This document shows, piece after piece, positions 10,842 to 22,594 of a DNA stretch of 36,768 nucleotides. The stretch lies in contig NC_068986.1 in the NCBI RefSeq assembly GCF_001194135.2, positions 42,206,599-42,243,366 of the forward strand, read 5' to 3'. The DNA comes from Octopus bimaculoides. Taxonomy: Eukaryota. The translations under genes were made by a program, and so were the position numbers. The stretch's first letter is position 1. Every line of letters starts with the position of its first letter. The notes under the pieces were generated by a model. The model was not told where the DNA came from, made no database searches, and saw only the letters and a program-made list of their open reading frames with translations.

Positions 10842-10954
10842 CTAATTCAGATAACAGCTTGAAAAGTAGGATTGCTTTGGCCCTCTTTGCTCTTGGAATT
10901 GTCCGTTTCCTTCTCCAACCTCTGTACTTATTTTAAAATATTCTTCATTGCTAG
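10842..10954 (-). CDS. Candidate terminal exon of a minus-strand gene ((A)SNEEYFKISTEVGEGNGQFQEQRGPKQSYFSSCYLN*)
   Basis: Minus-strand acceptor ataatttattcaacag|CT. Phase-1 frame is open for 36 codons to TAG (10842-10844). Phase matches the upstream candidate exons. Confidence 0.45.
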
Positions 10955-11319
10955 CTGTTGAATAAATTATTTTCAAGGTTTTACTTTGCCTGTTTATACA
11001 TATTTAAAATTTTACCTGAAAATGATGGATTTATACTATGATATCTATTCATTAACAAAACGCTACTGAAACAGCTGTAGTAAATTTTAAACATTATTTG
11101 TTTTTTTTTTAATACTTAGGCCACATTTAGAACCAACCCTGAATCGGATCTACAGTTTATATTATTTGGCAGTTAGATGTAGAAATACATACCTGCAGTA
11201 TACTACCAACAAATGACGCATAATGATGTCATTTATCATGTAACCAAATGGTACCTAACCAGTCCTGGCGTCCTACGTGCCTAGATTCTAATGAATCCTG
11301 TAACTAATCTCTCTCACTC

Positions 11320-11527
11320 TATGTATGTGTGTGTATGTGTATGTGGTTCCTTCTATCATCACTTAATAGCCAGTGTTGGTTTGTTTACGTCCCTGTAACT
11401 TAACGCTTCGGCGACAGAGACCAGATCTAAAAATAAGTAAGGAGTCGATTTCTTCGCCTAAGTGATTAAACCTTTCAGTCGGTGTCCCAGCATGGTGGCA
11501 GTTAAAAAGATTGAATCATGTAAAAAG
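11320..11527 (+). mobile_element. SINE family A, 3' half
   Basis: gtttacgtccctgtaactta...ggagtcgatttcttcg...cccagcatggtggcag matches the family tail. Confidence 0.7.
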
Positions 11528-11530
11528 TAA

Positions 11531-13570
11531 ACGATGACATACACACAGGCATACGCGCGCGCACCCCCACTCCCACATGTATATATATGTATGTATGTGT
11601 TCTGCTTTTGATTATTTAAATTCTGCCTCTGAGGTAGATTATTCCTAACAAAGATACAAAGTTCCATCGTTGGACTGTAGATAACAAAAACAATGTCACA
11701 TTTCATACTTGAGAAACGTCTTGCAGATTTTTACTGTTCCAGTTATAGATTGTATTTGCAATGTGCGATGTAGCTGGTTGATTTATTTTACTGTAAACCG
11801 CAGCTTATCCAAATTGTCACTGAGGCAAGTGTGCCAATCATTGTTGGTATAAATGTGAATTTATGATCTGGATAAAGATGCTGCAGGCTTCGAAGCAGCA
11901 GTCCATCGCTATACTCTTTCTCTTCTATTTTCAAAGAGATATTCGCGTCAGCAGGACAGCTGACTTCTATGACGGTACATACTTTTCTCGTTTGTGTCAA
12001 ACAAATGACATTGTATTTTGTTATTGCGACAATGACGTATCGCACCGGAAGTAGTACCTTGATGACATTTTTGGTTCACTGCTAACAATATGTGCGTATG
12101 TCTTCCACAGAAATATGACATTATCTACATTTTCTGTTGCATCTTTTGCTTAGCAGGCATTTCGTAGCAATCTCCTGTTCTTGGACTGCAAATACATAAC
12201 CTTCGAAGTGTGATGTGATGTAGCGGTCACCAGTCCAAGAGCGGCTTCGCTTCATGTCAGGATTACTGTCTTAAAGCTTTGGGAAGACATATCCTTGTAC
12301 AATCTCTTTTTTTTTTTTTGGTATGTTGAACATTTCATATTCAAACCGTCCTTGAGATATGTTAGTCCGGCTGTTTGTGGGTCGTACGGGAGGTCATCAG
12401 GAAGAGAATGCTTACTGAAGAGCTCGCTGCCGTCCTCTAGGATATTGTTCTCTTCACTCTTCAGCACTAAATTAATGTATTTATTTTTGCAGTTATTGCT
12501 TAACAAGGGTTGTAGGAGAGAGATGATAGAATATCCGAAGGTTGTCTGCGCTGATCTCAAGCTTCTACCTTCGTTATCGCTTCTTAGGTAGAGCCTGTCG
12601 ATATCATTATTTCTGTGCAGGTTTCCAGCTGATGTTAGTATTTTTCGGGTTTTTGCTTGTATGTAGGTATAGTAAGACAATAAAACCAAAATAGAAACAA
12701 ATATTGGTACTCCTTGTTAATAATACTAATTTTTAACTGCAGTGGGTCATAAATTTGGAGGACTTAAAGTGTAATTGACCTTAGTATTTGACTGGTACAA
12801 TGTGGGAATCTCCCAATAAAAATTAACTCACCTCACAGAGAGAGAGAGAGAGAGGGGGGGAAGAGAGAGAGAGAGAGTGAAAGAGAGTGAAAGAGAGAGA
12901 AAGGGGAGAGTGAAGGGAAGGGAAACAGAAAAAAAGGAGAGGTGGTTATAGTCATATAAAACGAAACGGGAAGAAATATAGAGCCATTTGCGATGTGAAG
13001 AGTTCATTGATAATGCTATAAGGGGAAGAGTGTGCATGCTATGAATGGTGAGGACATCCCAGTTGTTTGTTTAAGTCTATGCAGTGAGTAATGGTAAATT
13101 ACTTATTTACGTCATTAGTAGTGATCGTAAACCGGTATGTTGTGTGGTGGAATCGAAAGTGCAGTTACTTTCAGTACGCACGCACGCACGCTCTCACACA
13201 CACACACACACACACACAGACTCGCATCACATACATTCGCACACACGTAGACGATGACATACACACAGGCATACGCGCGCGCACCCCCACTCCCACATGT
13301 ATATATATGTATGTATGTGTTCTGCTTTTGATTATTTAAATTCTGCCTCTGAGGTAGATTATTCCTAACAAAGATACAAAGTTCCATCGTTGGACTGTAG
13401 ATAACAAAAACAATGTCACATTTCATACTTGAGAAACGTCTTGCAGATTTTTACTGTTCCACTTATAAATTGTATTTGCAATGTGCGATGTAGCTGGTTG
13501 ATTTATTTTACTGTAAACCGCAGCTTATCCAGATTGTCACTGAGGAAAGTGTGCCAATCATTGTTGGTAT
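11531..13570 (+). repeat. 320-bp direct duplication (11531-11850 and 13251-13570)
   Basis: Read by eye: 4 substitutions in 320 bp. The unit covers the 3' end of the R4-like element plus downstream sequence. Confidence 0.9.
11696..12690 (-). mobile_element. Degenerate non-LTR retrotransposon with restriction-like endonuclease (R4/Dong-like), 5'-truncated
   Basis: RT thumb-like DIDRLYLRSDNEGRSL; ITSHFEGYVFAVQEQEIAT; CCHC-like CR*CHISVEDIRHIVSS; RLE-like VCTVIEVSCPADANISLKIEEK; C-terminal LQIQSITGTVKICKTFLKYEM*. Confidence 0.8.
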
Positions 13571-13860
13571 TCCTTTCCTTACGCAGTTGTTTAGTCCTAA
13601 ATCAGCTATAATTGAGAATATTAAAAGTGCTCCCGTATTAAACAGGCGTAGACAATCCCCAACTATATCGTTCCAATGTGTCCTTCCTTTTATTTTATCT
13701 TAAGACTATAGTGTGTGACTGGGAGAAGGGTTGACTGCTATTTCTTGCAAGTTTAGCGACTGCACAGAAACTTTGTCGTTGGCTATCGTTCTTTAAACTA
13801 ACTTTCTAAACGAAATTTAATAGCAATATAAATTGTGAATGGATACTAAGTAAATTTTAC

Positions 13861-13869
13861 CTTGGGCTT
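13861..13869 (-). CDS. Candidate 9-nt frame-preserving microexon (adds E-A-Q)
   Basis: Minus strand cttctcattcttatttttcag|AAGCCCAAG|gtaaaa: strong acceptor, AAG|GTAAAA donor, length divisible by 3. Confidence 0.4.
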
Positions 13870-13969
13870 CTGAAAAATAAGAATGAGAAGTAAGTTACCG
13901 ACTTATGTCCCGAATCTGTCTAATTCTTTACTATACTATTGAAAGTGAATTTACATATAGAGAATCCAT

Positions 13970-14355
13970 TGTTGTTGGCACTCCGTCGCTTACGACGTCG
14001 TGGGTTCCAGTTGATCCGACCAACGGAACAGCCTGCTCGTGAAATTAACGTGCAAGTGGCTGAGCACTCCACAGACAGGTGTACCCTTAACGTAGTTCTC
14101 TGGGATATTCAGCGTAACACAGTGTGACAAGGCTGACCCTTTGAATTACAGGCACAACAGAAATAGGAAGTAAGAGTGAGAGAAAGTTGTGGTGAAAGAG
14201 TACAGCAGGGTTCGCCACCATCCCCTGTCGGAGCCTCGTGGAGCTTTAGATTGCTTTCGCTCAATAAACACTCACAATGCCCGGTCTGAGAATCGAAACC
14301 GCGATCCTATGACCGCAAGTCCGCTGCCCTAACCACTGGGTCATTGCGCCTCCAC
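13970..14355 (-). mobile_element. tRNA-derived SINE with an 11-bp TSD
   Basis: TSD agagaatccat at 13959-13969 and 14356-14366. Head gacccagtggttag...ggtttcgattc; tail ...gacggagtgccaacaaca. Confidence 0.85.
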
Positions 14356-14616
14356 AGAGAATCCATAGAAAGTGCACTCATGTTCATTTTTCCTACCATT
14401 TTAATTGTCCATTTAATTGTACCATTTTAATTCATTAACTAAAAAGCATCTCTATTTCTTAGTGCAGAGAATTAACAGTATGGTACAAGGTATATCTTTC
14501 TTTCAAAGTTTGGCACAAGGTCAGCACAAGGTATATATTAGCAGCAAGATGAGCTGAATCATTCAGTGACAGGTTACTTTGTCATGAATACATTACGTTT
14601 GTCTTAATAGATACAG

Positions 14617-14807
14617 AGGTGTGGCATGGTCGTGTGGTAAGAAACTTACTTCCCAACTACATTGTTTCAGGTTCAGTCTCTTTGCGCGCCACTTTGGACA
14701 AGTCTCTTCTACTATAGTCTCATGTCGACCAAATACATGCGTGTGAATATGGTAGACGGAAACTGAACGTAGCCCGTCACATATATATGTGTGTGTGTGT
14801 GTGTGTG
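14617..14807 (+). mobile_element. SINE family A, 5' half (the 3' half resumes at 16481-16790 after the mariner)
   Basis: ggtcgtgtggtaagaaactt...ggtagacggaaactgaacg then microsatellite. The family tail gaataagtactag...gcagtcgaatgactgaaacaagtaaa lies at about 16670-16785. Confidence 0.8.
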
Positions 14808-16479
14808 TGAGGGTAAGTAAAAAATTGTACGCACTCTTATCTGTAATTCATTAAAACAAAAGCAGGGGTTGAACAATTACATAATTTTTCAATAGCTGTG
14901 TGGCAAGAAGATTGCTTCCCGATCACATAATTCCGGGTTCAATCTCGCTGCGTGATACTTTGGGCAAGTGGCTGCTACTATAGCCTCGGGTAGATTTGGC
15001 AGATGAAAACTGAAAGAACCTCATTGTATATATATAGATGTATATATCTATGTGTATGTGTTTGTGCGTCTGTATTAGTCCTCCACCACCGTTTGACAAC
15101 TGGTGTTGGTGTGTTTCTGTCTCCGTAACTTTGCAGTTCAGCAAAAAAAAAAACAAAAAAAAAACGATTGAATAAGTACTCTACTTTAAAAAATAAGTTC
15201 CGGGATCGATTTATTCAATTAAAACTCTTCAAAACGGTCTCCCAGCATGGCCACAGTCAAATGACTGAAACAAGAAAAGGACAGGATAGTCTCCTTGCTT
15301 TCCGATGCACTTCTTCCAATGGTTCAGAGGCTTGTTTGTTCCATCGGAGAAGAAGGGTTTTTGGTTGGTCGCGCAGTCATTTAGGCACCGATTCCTGCGC
15401 TCCTCGTTCGTACCAAATAGACAACCTCGTAAAGGATGTTTGAGCGGTCCAAAGAGGTGATCTGGACAGTATGCAGGGTGTTCCAGCAACTCTAAACCCA
15501 ATTTTTAAATTGGCTCAATGATAAGGACGGCGGCATATGGACGTGCACTGTCGTGCAACAATAACAATTGCTTCGCCAATAGATCCTGGCGTTTGGTGCG
15601 AATGGCTTGTTTCCGTTTGTTGTCCAGCATTTCATTGTAGCCTACACTGGTGACCGTACAACCTTTTTCCAGGTAATGTTTCAGTTTCAACCTTTTTACT
15701 TCCCAAAAGAACGGTTCGCATCACTTTTTCTGTGAAAGATTGAATGTTAAATTTCTTTTTCGCTGGCGATACCGGGTGTTTCCACTCCATGCTCTGCATT
15801 TGGGATTCTGGCTCAAAGTGGTGGATCTAGGTTTCTTTTCCTATGATTTTTCCTATGATTATTCTCCCCAAAAAGGCTTTGCTTTCATTGTAGCGGTCGA
15901 GTAAGCATTGACAGATCTCCACATGATGCGCTTATGGTCTTCGGTAAGCTTTCTTGACAGCAGTCAGGCACAGAGTTTACGGACGCGAAGTTTGTCGTGG
16001 ATAATTTCGCATGCGGAACCATGTCTAATGTCACTTCATCGATGATCACTCATCAGTTTGCCAAAACCATCTCTCGAGCATGTTGATTTTCACGCCAGTG
16101 GAGGAGGTTGATTGACATCCTGCTCTCTCTCGGTGCTTCACGCTCGTCCGGTCATTTTTAAACTTCTCAATCCATTCACACACACTTCTACGCAGTAGTA
16201 TGCTATCTCTGCATTTTATTGAAAGCCTGCGATGAATTTCAACTCCTGACACACACTCGAACCAGAATATCGGATCACTGATCTCTGTTCTTCCTTGGTG
16301 AACACTTCCAAGGGTGCGGCTATGTTGACTCTGTAACACAAGAAAGAAAACTGGAGCAATCAAGGTCAAACATCAATTACGTAACCACAACAGTACTACA
16401 TTGTAGCACGGAAGCGCTGGAAGTAGTGCAGCCAACTTAAAGTTTTGGCAAAAGTGCGAATAATTTTTTACTACACCTC

Positions 16480-16480
<1 letters not shown>
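14808..16480 (-). mobile_element. Second mariner-family transposon, defective, interrupted by a SINE
   Basis: TIRs TGAGGTGTAGTAAAAAATTATTCGCAC (16480 end, minus strand) and TGAGGGTAAGTAAAAAATTGTACGCAC (14808 end). Transposase remnants FTKEEQRSVIR, EIHRRLS..EWIEKFKNDRTSV, LLHDSARPY, LLEHPAYCPD and WKKCIGKQGDY|IEK split by the SINE. Confidence 0.9.
14894..15285 (+). mobile_element. SINE family A inserted into the mariner transposase C-terminus
   Basis: Near-complete copy. Removing it restores ggagactatattgaaaaa (GDYIEK) on the minus strand. Confidence 0.88.
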
Positions 16481-16514
<34 letters not shown>

Positions 16515-16824
16515 CTTGTGTATATACATATATTCCCCCCCACACACACACACACATATGTGTGTGTATGTATATATGTGGCTGGGGGTGTTTTTATCTA
16601 CGTATGTTCTGTGTTTCTTCCCCACGCTACTTCACAATCGCTGTTGGTTTGTTTATGCCTTCGACCAGTAGAATAAGTACTAGATTTTAAAATGTAAATG
16701 CTGGGATCGATCTGTTAGACCAAAACCCTTCGAATTGGTGCCCTTTGCATGATTGCAGTCGAATGACTGAAACAAGTAAATCAAAACAAACAGAAAGATA
16801 TGAAGTGATCGTTCATTTCTTTAC

Positions 16825-16867
16825 CTGGTGGTAGCCCCCTCAGGTTTCGGCCAATCTCTACGCATAG
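16825..16867 (-). CDS. Candidate 43-nt internal exon (LCVEIGRNLRGLPP)
   Basis: Minus strand tattttgtcttgtgtag|CTATGC...CCACCAG|gtaaag. A GC-richer island in AT-rich flanks; phase 0 to 1. Confidence 0.5.
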
Positions 16868-18599
16868 CTACACAAGACAAAATATGTGATACAAACTGTT
16901 TGTTGTCCAGCATTTCATTGTAGCCTACACTGGTGACCGTACAACCTTTTTCCAGGTGTTTCAGTTTCAACCTTTTTACTTCCCAAAAGAACGGTTCGCA
17001 TCACTTTTTCTGTGAAAGATTGAATGTTAAATNNNNNNNNNNNNNNNNNNNNNNNNNNNNNNNNNNNNNNNNNNNNNNNNNNNNNNNNNNNNNNNNNNNN
17101 NNNNNNNNNNNNNNNNNNNNNNNNNNNNNNNNNNNNNNNNNNNNNNNNNNNNNNNNNNNNNNNNNNNNNNNNNNNNNNNNNNNNNNNNNNNNNNNNNNNN
17201 NNNNNNNNNNNNNNNNNNNNNNNNNNNNNNNNNNNNNNNNNNNNNNNNNNNNNNNNNNNNNNNNNNNNNNNNNNNNNNNNNNNNNNNNNNNNNNNNNNNN
17301 NNNNNNNNNNNNNNNNNNNNNNNNNNNNNNNNNNNNNNNNNNNNNNNNNNNNNNNNNNNNNNNNNNNNNNNNNNNNNNNNNNNNNNNNNNNNNNNNNNNN
17401 NNNNNNNNNNNNNNNNNNNNNNNNNNNNNNNNNNNNNNNNNNNNNNNNNNNNNNNNNNNNNNNNNNNNNNNNNNNNNNNNNNNNNNNNNNNNNNNNNNNN
17501 NNNNNNNNNNNNNNNNNNNNNNNNNNNNNNNNNNNNNNNNNNNNNNNNNNNNNNNNNNNNNNNNNNNNNNNNNNNNNNNNNNNNNNNNNNNNNNNNNNNN
17601 NNNNNNNNNNNNNNNNNNNNNNNNNNNNNNNNNNNNNNNNNNNNNNNNNNNNNNCAGGTCATTTTAAATGAATGAAGATGAACTAAATAATAGAAAATAA
17701 ATTTCAGCCACTAAAATGTTGAACATGCCAATACAATAGTACGTTCCTATCTACATTCTGCGTTCCGCTAAAAGAAGTTGATCAAACGAGAGATGGGGGG
17801 GGGGAGGAAGAGAGAAAACCAGAGAAAAAAGAAAAACAACATAAAAGAGATGATAAAATGATAATTGTGGTGGTGGCTGTCAGAATGACATTTAATACTG
17901 CCTAAGCTCTATTGGTTGTATGTTGGTTGTAGTCATGGCAGTAGAAAAGGTAGCGATGACATAGCTCGATGAGAATTACTTGCTTTAAGGGGTATAGTAT
18001 TGTTTTTTATAGTTCAGTCCACAAAAATAAATACATTATTCGACAACAGCTCCTTTCAGCTTACAAAAACTACTATCACCGTTACCGCCATTAAATAACA
18101 GCCTATCAACATCACCAAAATAAATTACCACCATTCTCAGTGTATGTATGTATGTATGTATGTATGTATGTATGTATGTATGTATGACTGGGTGTATACT
18201 TGAATGGATGGATGGATGGATGAATAAATTGATGTACATAGATATATATGTGTGTGCTTATGTATGTTTGATAATACGTTTATATCGATTCACCAGCATT
18301 TCCCTTTTCTTCCATTTTCTCTTATCTTTCACGTTGTAGTCTCCCCTTAAGCAGTATGGTGCATACTTGAGCTTGAAACGCAAAGTTGTTATTACTTCAG
18401 CTGCGAGCGTTACGCCTTCTAGTTACTTTTAAAAGAAGAGAGAAAAGAACAGTATCCAGTGATCATTTTTTTTTTCTTGTGATAGGAATATATATGAGAT
18501 GCTGAAATCCGTCGAAAGCTTTCATCAGCATGTAACATCGAACTGACTACGAATTGATTAATAAAATATTGAAACATAATCACACAACTGCCATGCATC

Positions 18600-19000
18600 A
18601 AGTAGAATCCGGATGCCTGATGACTTCCTGTGTTGATAACAACATTATCTAAGTTCGTGATATGGATCTAATGTATTTTTTGTAAACCATTATCATTGGT
18701 TCTTTTTGTTGGTCAAATGTGGTATCTAGGTATGTTTGTGCATTGCTCATTTTTCTTTGCTGCGAACATTGTAGAGTAATAGTATGTAGTTTTAATGATG
18801 TTGTCCATCATCTGTGGGACATATATTGTTAAATGTGATATTTAATCGAATTTAATGTTCCATGGTGTTGTTAATGTAGGAGGAATGGACGTAATAAAGA
18901 AAACATTTAATCTATTGTTCTGAATCCTTTTTTACAGAGAATTTATTTAAGTGTATGGCTGTCTAGGCAATATTTTTAATGGCGTTAACAAACGAGAAAA
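18600..19000 (-). mobile_element. Highly decayed Penelope-like RT fragment
   Basis: Minus-strand remnants LTTPWNIKF and TYLDTTFDQQKEPMIMVYKK resemble the PLE 'YLDxT...VYRK' region; many disruptions. Confidence 0.4.
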
Positions 19001-19015
19001 AATCCACACTCATAC

Positions 19016-19029
19016 CCATTTAAGAGCTT
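19016..19029 (-). CDS. Possible small exon end ((E)ALKW) upstream of the 43-nt exon
   Basis: Minus strand ttttcctcttactcgacatag|AAGCTCTTAAATGG|gtatga ends in phase 0. The true 5' boundary is uncertain because the frame is also open upstream (HSREKFDVRVIFLLLDI). Confidence 0.25.
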
Positions 19030-19911
19030 CTATGTCGAGTAAGAGGAAAATTACCCTCACATCAAATTTTTCTCTTGAATGTCTGCAACATTAAAGACTC
19101 AGTTAAAGGCACCCCCAAAACGTGATGGTGTTAAACAGAACGTCGTAGCAATTCTCTTATTCAGGAATACGAAAGTCTTTCCGACATGCTAGTAGAGTTT
19201 CTGTCTACTACAGTTCATTTGTATCTAGACTCTTCTGAAAATGACTGAACTACATTTTCGCAGTATATCAGAGAGATAAAAAAAACCCAAAGTTCTCAAC
19301 CATGGATTTTGCTCGATGTTCGAATTAATTCAATTGAGCGTCCTTCAATTTACAATTACTATGCAGTTGTACCACCATGAGTATTTAATTGCTGAAAGTG
19401 GTGCACAACAAAATAGTTCTTGTAGCAAGCAGCCTTACGACCCTTTGAATTGTGAGATCCATGTAGTCACAAAAGCAGCAGCCCTTACAGATGGTTAAAA
19501 TCTTACATCTTGAGGATCATGTTAAACACACGACAGCAATGTCATTCTTGCAGCCAATCAGGCAGATAGACAGTCAGTCACTTCACAATCCTTTCAACAT
19601 AGGCCGCTGCTCACAGAGCCTATATATACAATATCATCAACAAAAATCTAAATATTCTAAATACGCAATCATTAAAAGAATACAGTTTACTACATAGGAA
19701 GCATAAATTCATTACTTCCTGTTTACGTAATATAGCTTGGTAATGTATATATACGTGTTATTAAGACTTGTTAAGAATATAGGCAAGCTAGATACAATGC
19801 TGTTTGTGTTAGCTTATGAGTTTCCCGCATTGATTGCGAGCCAAGATGATCTAGTGTTAAAGAAGTATGAAACTTGTGAGGTATCGGTGACCATGTGCGT
19901 GTATATACACA

Positions 19912-19973
<62 letters not shown>

Positions 19974-20817
19974 NNNNNNNNNNNNNNNNNNNNNNNNNNN
20001 NNNNNNNNNNNNNNNNNNNNNNNNNNNNNNNNNNNNNNNNNNNNNNNNNNNNNNNNNNNNNNNNNNNNNNNNNNNNNNNNNNNNNNNNNNNNNNNNNNNN
20101 NNNNNNNNNNNNNNNNNNNNNNNNNNNNNNNNNNNNNNNNNNNNNNNNNNNNNNNNNNNNNNNNNNNNNNNNNNNNNNNNNNNNNNNNNNNNNNNNNNNN
20201 NNNNNNNNNNNNTCACTTCGACACCTGACGCATGGTACACCGCGCACCTGTTCAGACAACGTCGATTAGGGAGTGAGTTAATGTTCGGCACATGTATTTG
20301 ATCACTATAAACAAATCATTTGTGCAGGTCGTTCGGTAAAAGCCGAACACTCATACGTCGTCTTTGATGGGAGAATCCAACACAAATTCGGGCAAGGAAT
20401 AAGAATTAGGCTCCAACCTTTGCGAAGGTCACAGAGGAAATGGCGGAAAGCTTAATACCGATTTCGAGCTCTGAATTATATTCTTATCCCACCTTCAGTT
20501 AAGCTGTAGACTTCAGAAAGAAAACAATAGTGGCAATTTCTACTTTTATTTTTGCTGTTGATAATGTATTTGTTTGTCAGATGTAAGGCATTTATTTGAA
20601 GTTTCAGTAATTGGTGTCCTTCAGTTGTGTTTGTGTGCGTATTATATAGAAAAACACAACTGTAGAGGTTAGAAAGTCTCTTTCGAACAGAGTCGTCGAC
20701 TTCAAATCGTAACCAGCCTGTCTTCTTTCCTGGCATATTTTAGTCAGTACTTATTTACCATATATAATTCATTCTCAGTTCAGTAGAGTGAACGCAAGAG
20801 ATTTGGCTGAAAATTCT

Positions 20818-21052
20818 TCCTTCCCGAGTCATACAGATTTATAGGGCCGGTTTCCCGGTTTCCGGGATATATTCCCAACTTGGACGGGACGCTGGTCTGT
20901 CGCAGGATTCCTCATTTGTGCCAGTTGAGTAGTCGGAGCAACGTGAAATGAAGTGTTTTGCTCAAGAATACAATGTGTGCTCGGTCCAGGAATCGAAACT
21001 ACAATCTTACGATCATGAGTGCAACACCCTAACCAATAAGCCACGCGCCTCT
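20818..21052 (-). mobile_element. tRNA-derived CORE-like SINE with a 19-bp target-site duplication
   Basis: TSD agatttggctga(a/t)aattct at 20799-20817 and 21053-21071. Head tggcttattggtta...gtttcgattcc...ttcttgagcaaaacacttca. Confidence 0.85.
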
Positions 21053-21237
21053 AGATTTGGCTGATAATTCTAGCAAGTCAAGTTGAACACCCACATGGTA
21101 TTGTTTGGTCTTTTTAAAAAACAAAGTGACTAACATGATTAATAAATGGACATATATTTACGATTTTGGAAATGAATATATCACGTATTAAGTATGAGCT
21201 ATGTACTGCAAATAGTAATATACTACAGTAGTTAAAA

Positions 21238-21438
21238 GTGGCAAGTTGGTAGACTCATTAGCAGGCCGGACAAAATGTTTAGCGGTTTTTCTTCCGGTTT
21301 TACAATTTGAGCTCAAATTCTACCAAGTTCGGCTGTGCCTTTCATCCTTCCAGGGTTGATAAAGTAAGTACCAGCTTAGCACCGGAATCGATGTAATCAA
21401 CGGGCACTCTTCTCTACAATTTCAGGTCTTGTGCCTAT
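21238..21438 (+). mobile_element. SINE family B
   Basis: gtggcaagttggtag...gagctcaaattc...gcctttcatccttccagggttgataaagtaagtaccag...caggtcttgtgcctat. Confidence 0.75.
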
Positions 21439-21440
21439 GC

Positions 21441-21792
21441 TATTCTTTTATTCTTTCGTTTGTTTCAGTGATCTGACAGCGGCCATGCTGGAGCACTGCC
21501 TTTACTCGAACAAATCGACCCAGGACTTATTCTTTATAAGTCTAGTATTTATTTTATCGTTATCTTTTGCCAAACCGCTAGGTTACGGGGACAGACACAC
21601 AAACACACACACGCACATATATACATATATATATATACGACAGGCTTCTTTCAGTTTCCGTCTACCAAATCCACTCACAAGGCTTTGGTCGGCCCGAGGC
21701 TATAGCAGACTGCTCAAAGTGTCACGCAGTGTGACTGAACCTGGAAACATGTGGTTGGTAAGCAAGCTACTGACCACATACCCACTCCTGCG

Positions 21793-21795
<3 letters not shown>
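21441..21795 (-). mobile_element. SINE family A, near full length
   Basis: Reverse complement aligns along its length with 22703-23155. Confidence 0.88.
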
Positions 21796-21827
<32 letters not shown>

Positions 21828-21842
21828 NNNNNNNNNNNNNNN

Positions 21843-21889
<47 letters not shown>

Positions 21890-22594
21890 ATTAGAAAGGT
21901 TCAACTTCAAGAATAGCGCACACAACAGAATCTTATGGTTCGACCCACCTTATAGCGCGAATGTAGCTAGTAACATAGCTAAGAAAGTTTTGAAAACTAA
22001 TAGACACCACTTTCTACATTCACACAAATATCACAAGATTTTCAACAGAAACACTGTTAAAGTTAGCTATAGCTGCCTCCCCAATATAGGGTCAATAATA
22101 CTTAATCGCAATAAAAATAAACACCCCAGATACACCACCAGAAAGACAATTGAACTTCAGATCTCCAGACCGCTGTCCTCTAAACAACAAGTGTCTCGAG
22201 AAAGAACTCGTATACAAGGCCAAGATCACGGACCCCTACAGAATAGCAAAAACGTATATTGGATTGACGGACAACTCGTTCAAGGAAAGGTATACACATC
22301 TTGCGTTATTCTGAGACAAAAAGACAAAAAGAAAAAAAAAACATGTGACATCCCTATCAATATGATATGGACATTGAAAGAAAGTAGAATATGCAAACCC
22401 CAGATAGAATGGAAAATTATTGCTAAAGCCAAAAGTGCAGCGGACGGGGTACCAAACGTGAACTCTGTATTACTGAAAAATTAAACATTATAAAATCAAC
22501 TGATAACTTCTTAAACATTAGGGATGAAACCTCCACTCCCTGCATACACGAGCAATATTTTACACACAAATATTTCAAAGAAGACCCCCTATAA
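21890..22594 (+). mobile_element. 3' fragment of a Penelope-like element (Naiad-type) with GIY-YIG endonuclease
   Basis: ILWFDPPYSANVASNIAKK...KIFNRNTVKVSYSCLPNIGSII, then frameshifted DRCPLNNKCLEKELVYKAK...TYIGLTDNSFKERY and WTLKES...IEWKIIAKAKS. Confidence 0.88.

Noticed and set aside
11190-11300. Minus-strand donor CAG|GTATGT near 11194
   Set aside because: No upstream acceptor gives a stop-free exon in the phase required by the neighbouring candidates.
19554-19651. Plus-strand exon-like frame (NQADRQSVTSQSFQHRPLLTEPIYTISSTKI*)
   Set aside because: One acceptor and an open frame of 32 codons, with no linked exon. This is expected by chance at this scale.
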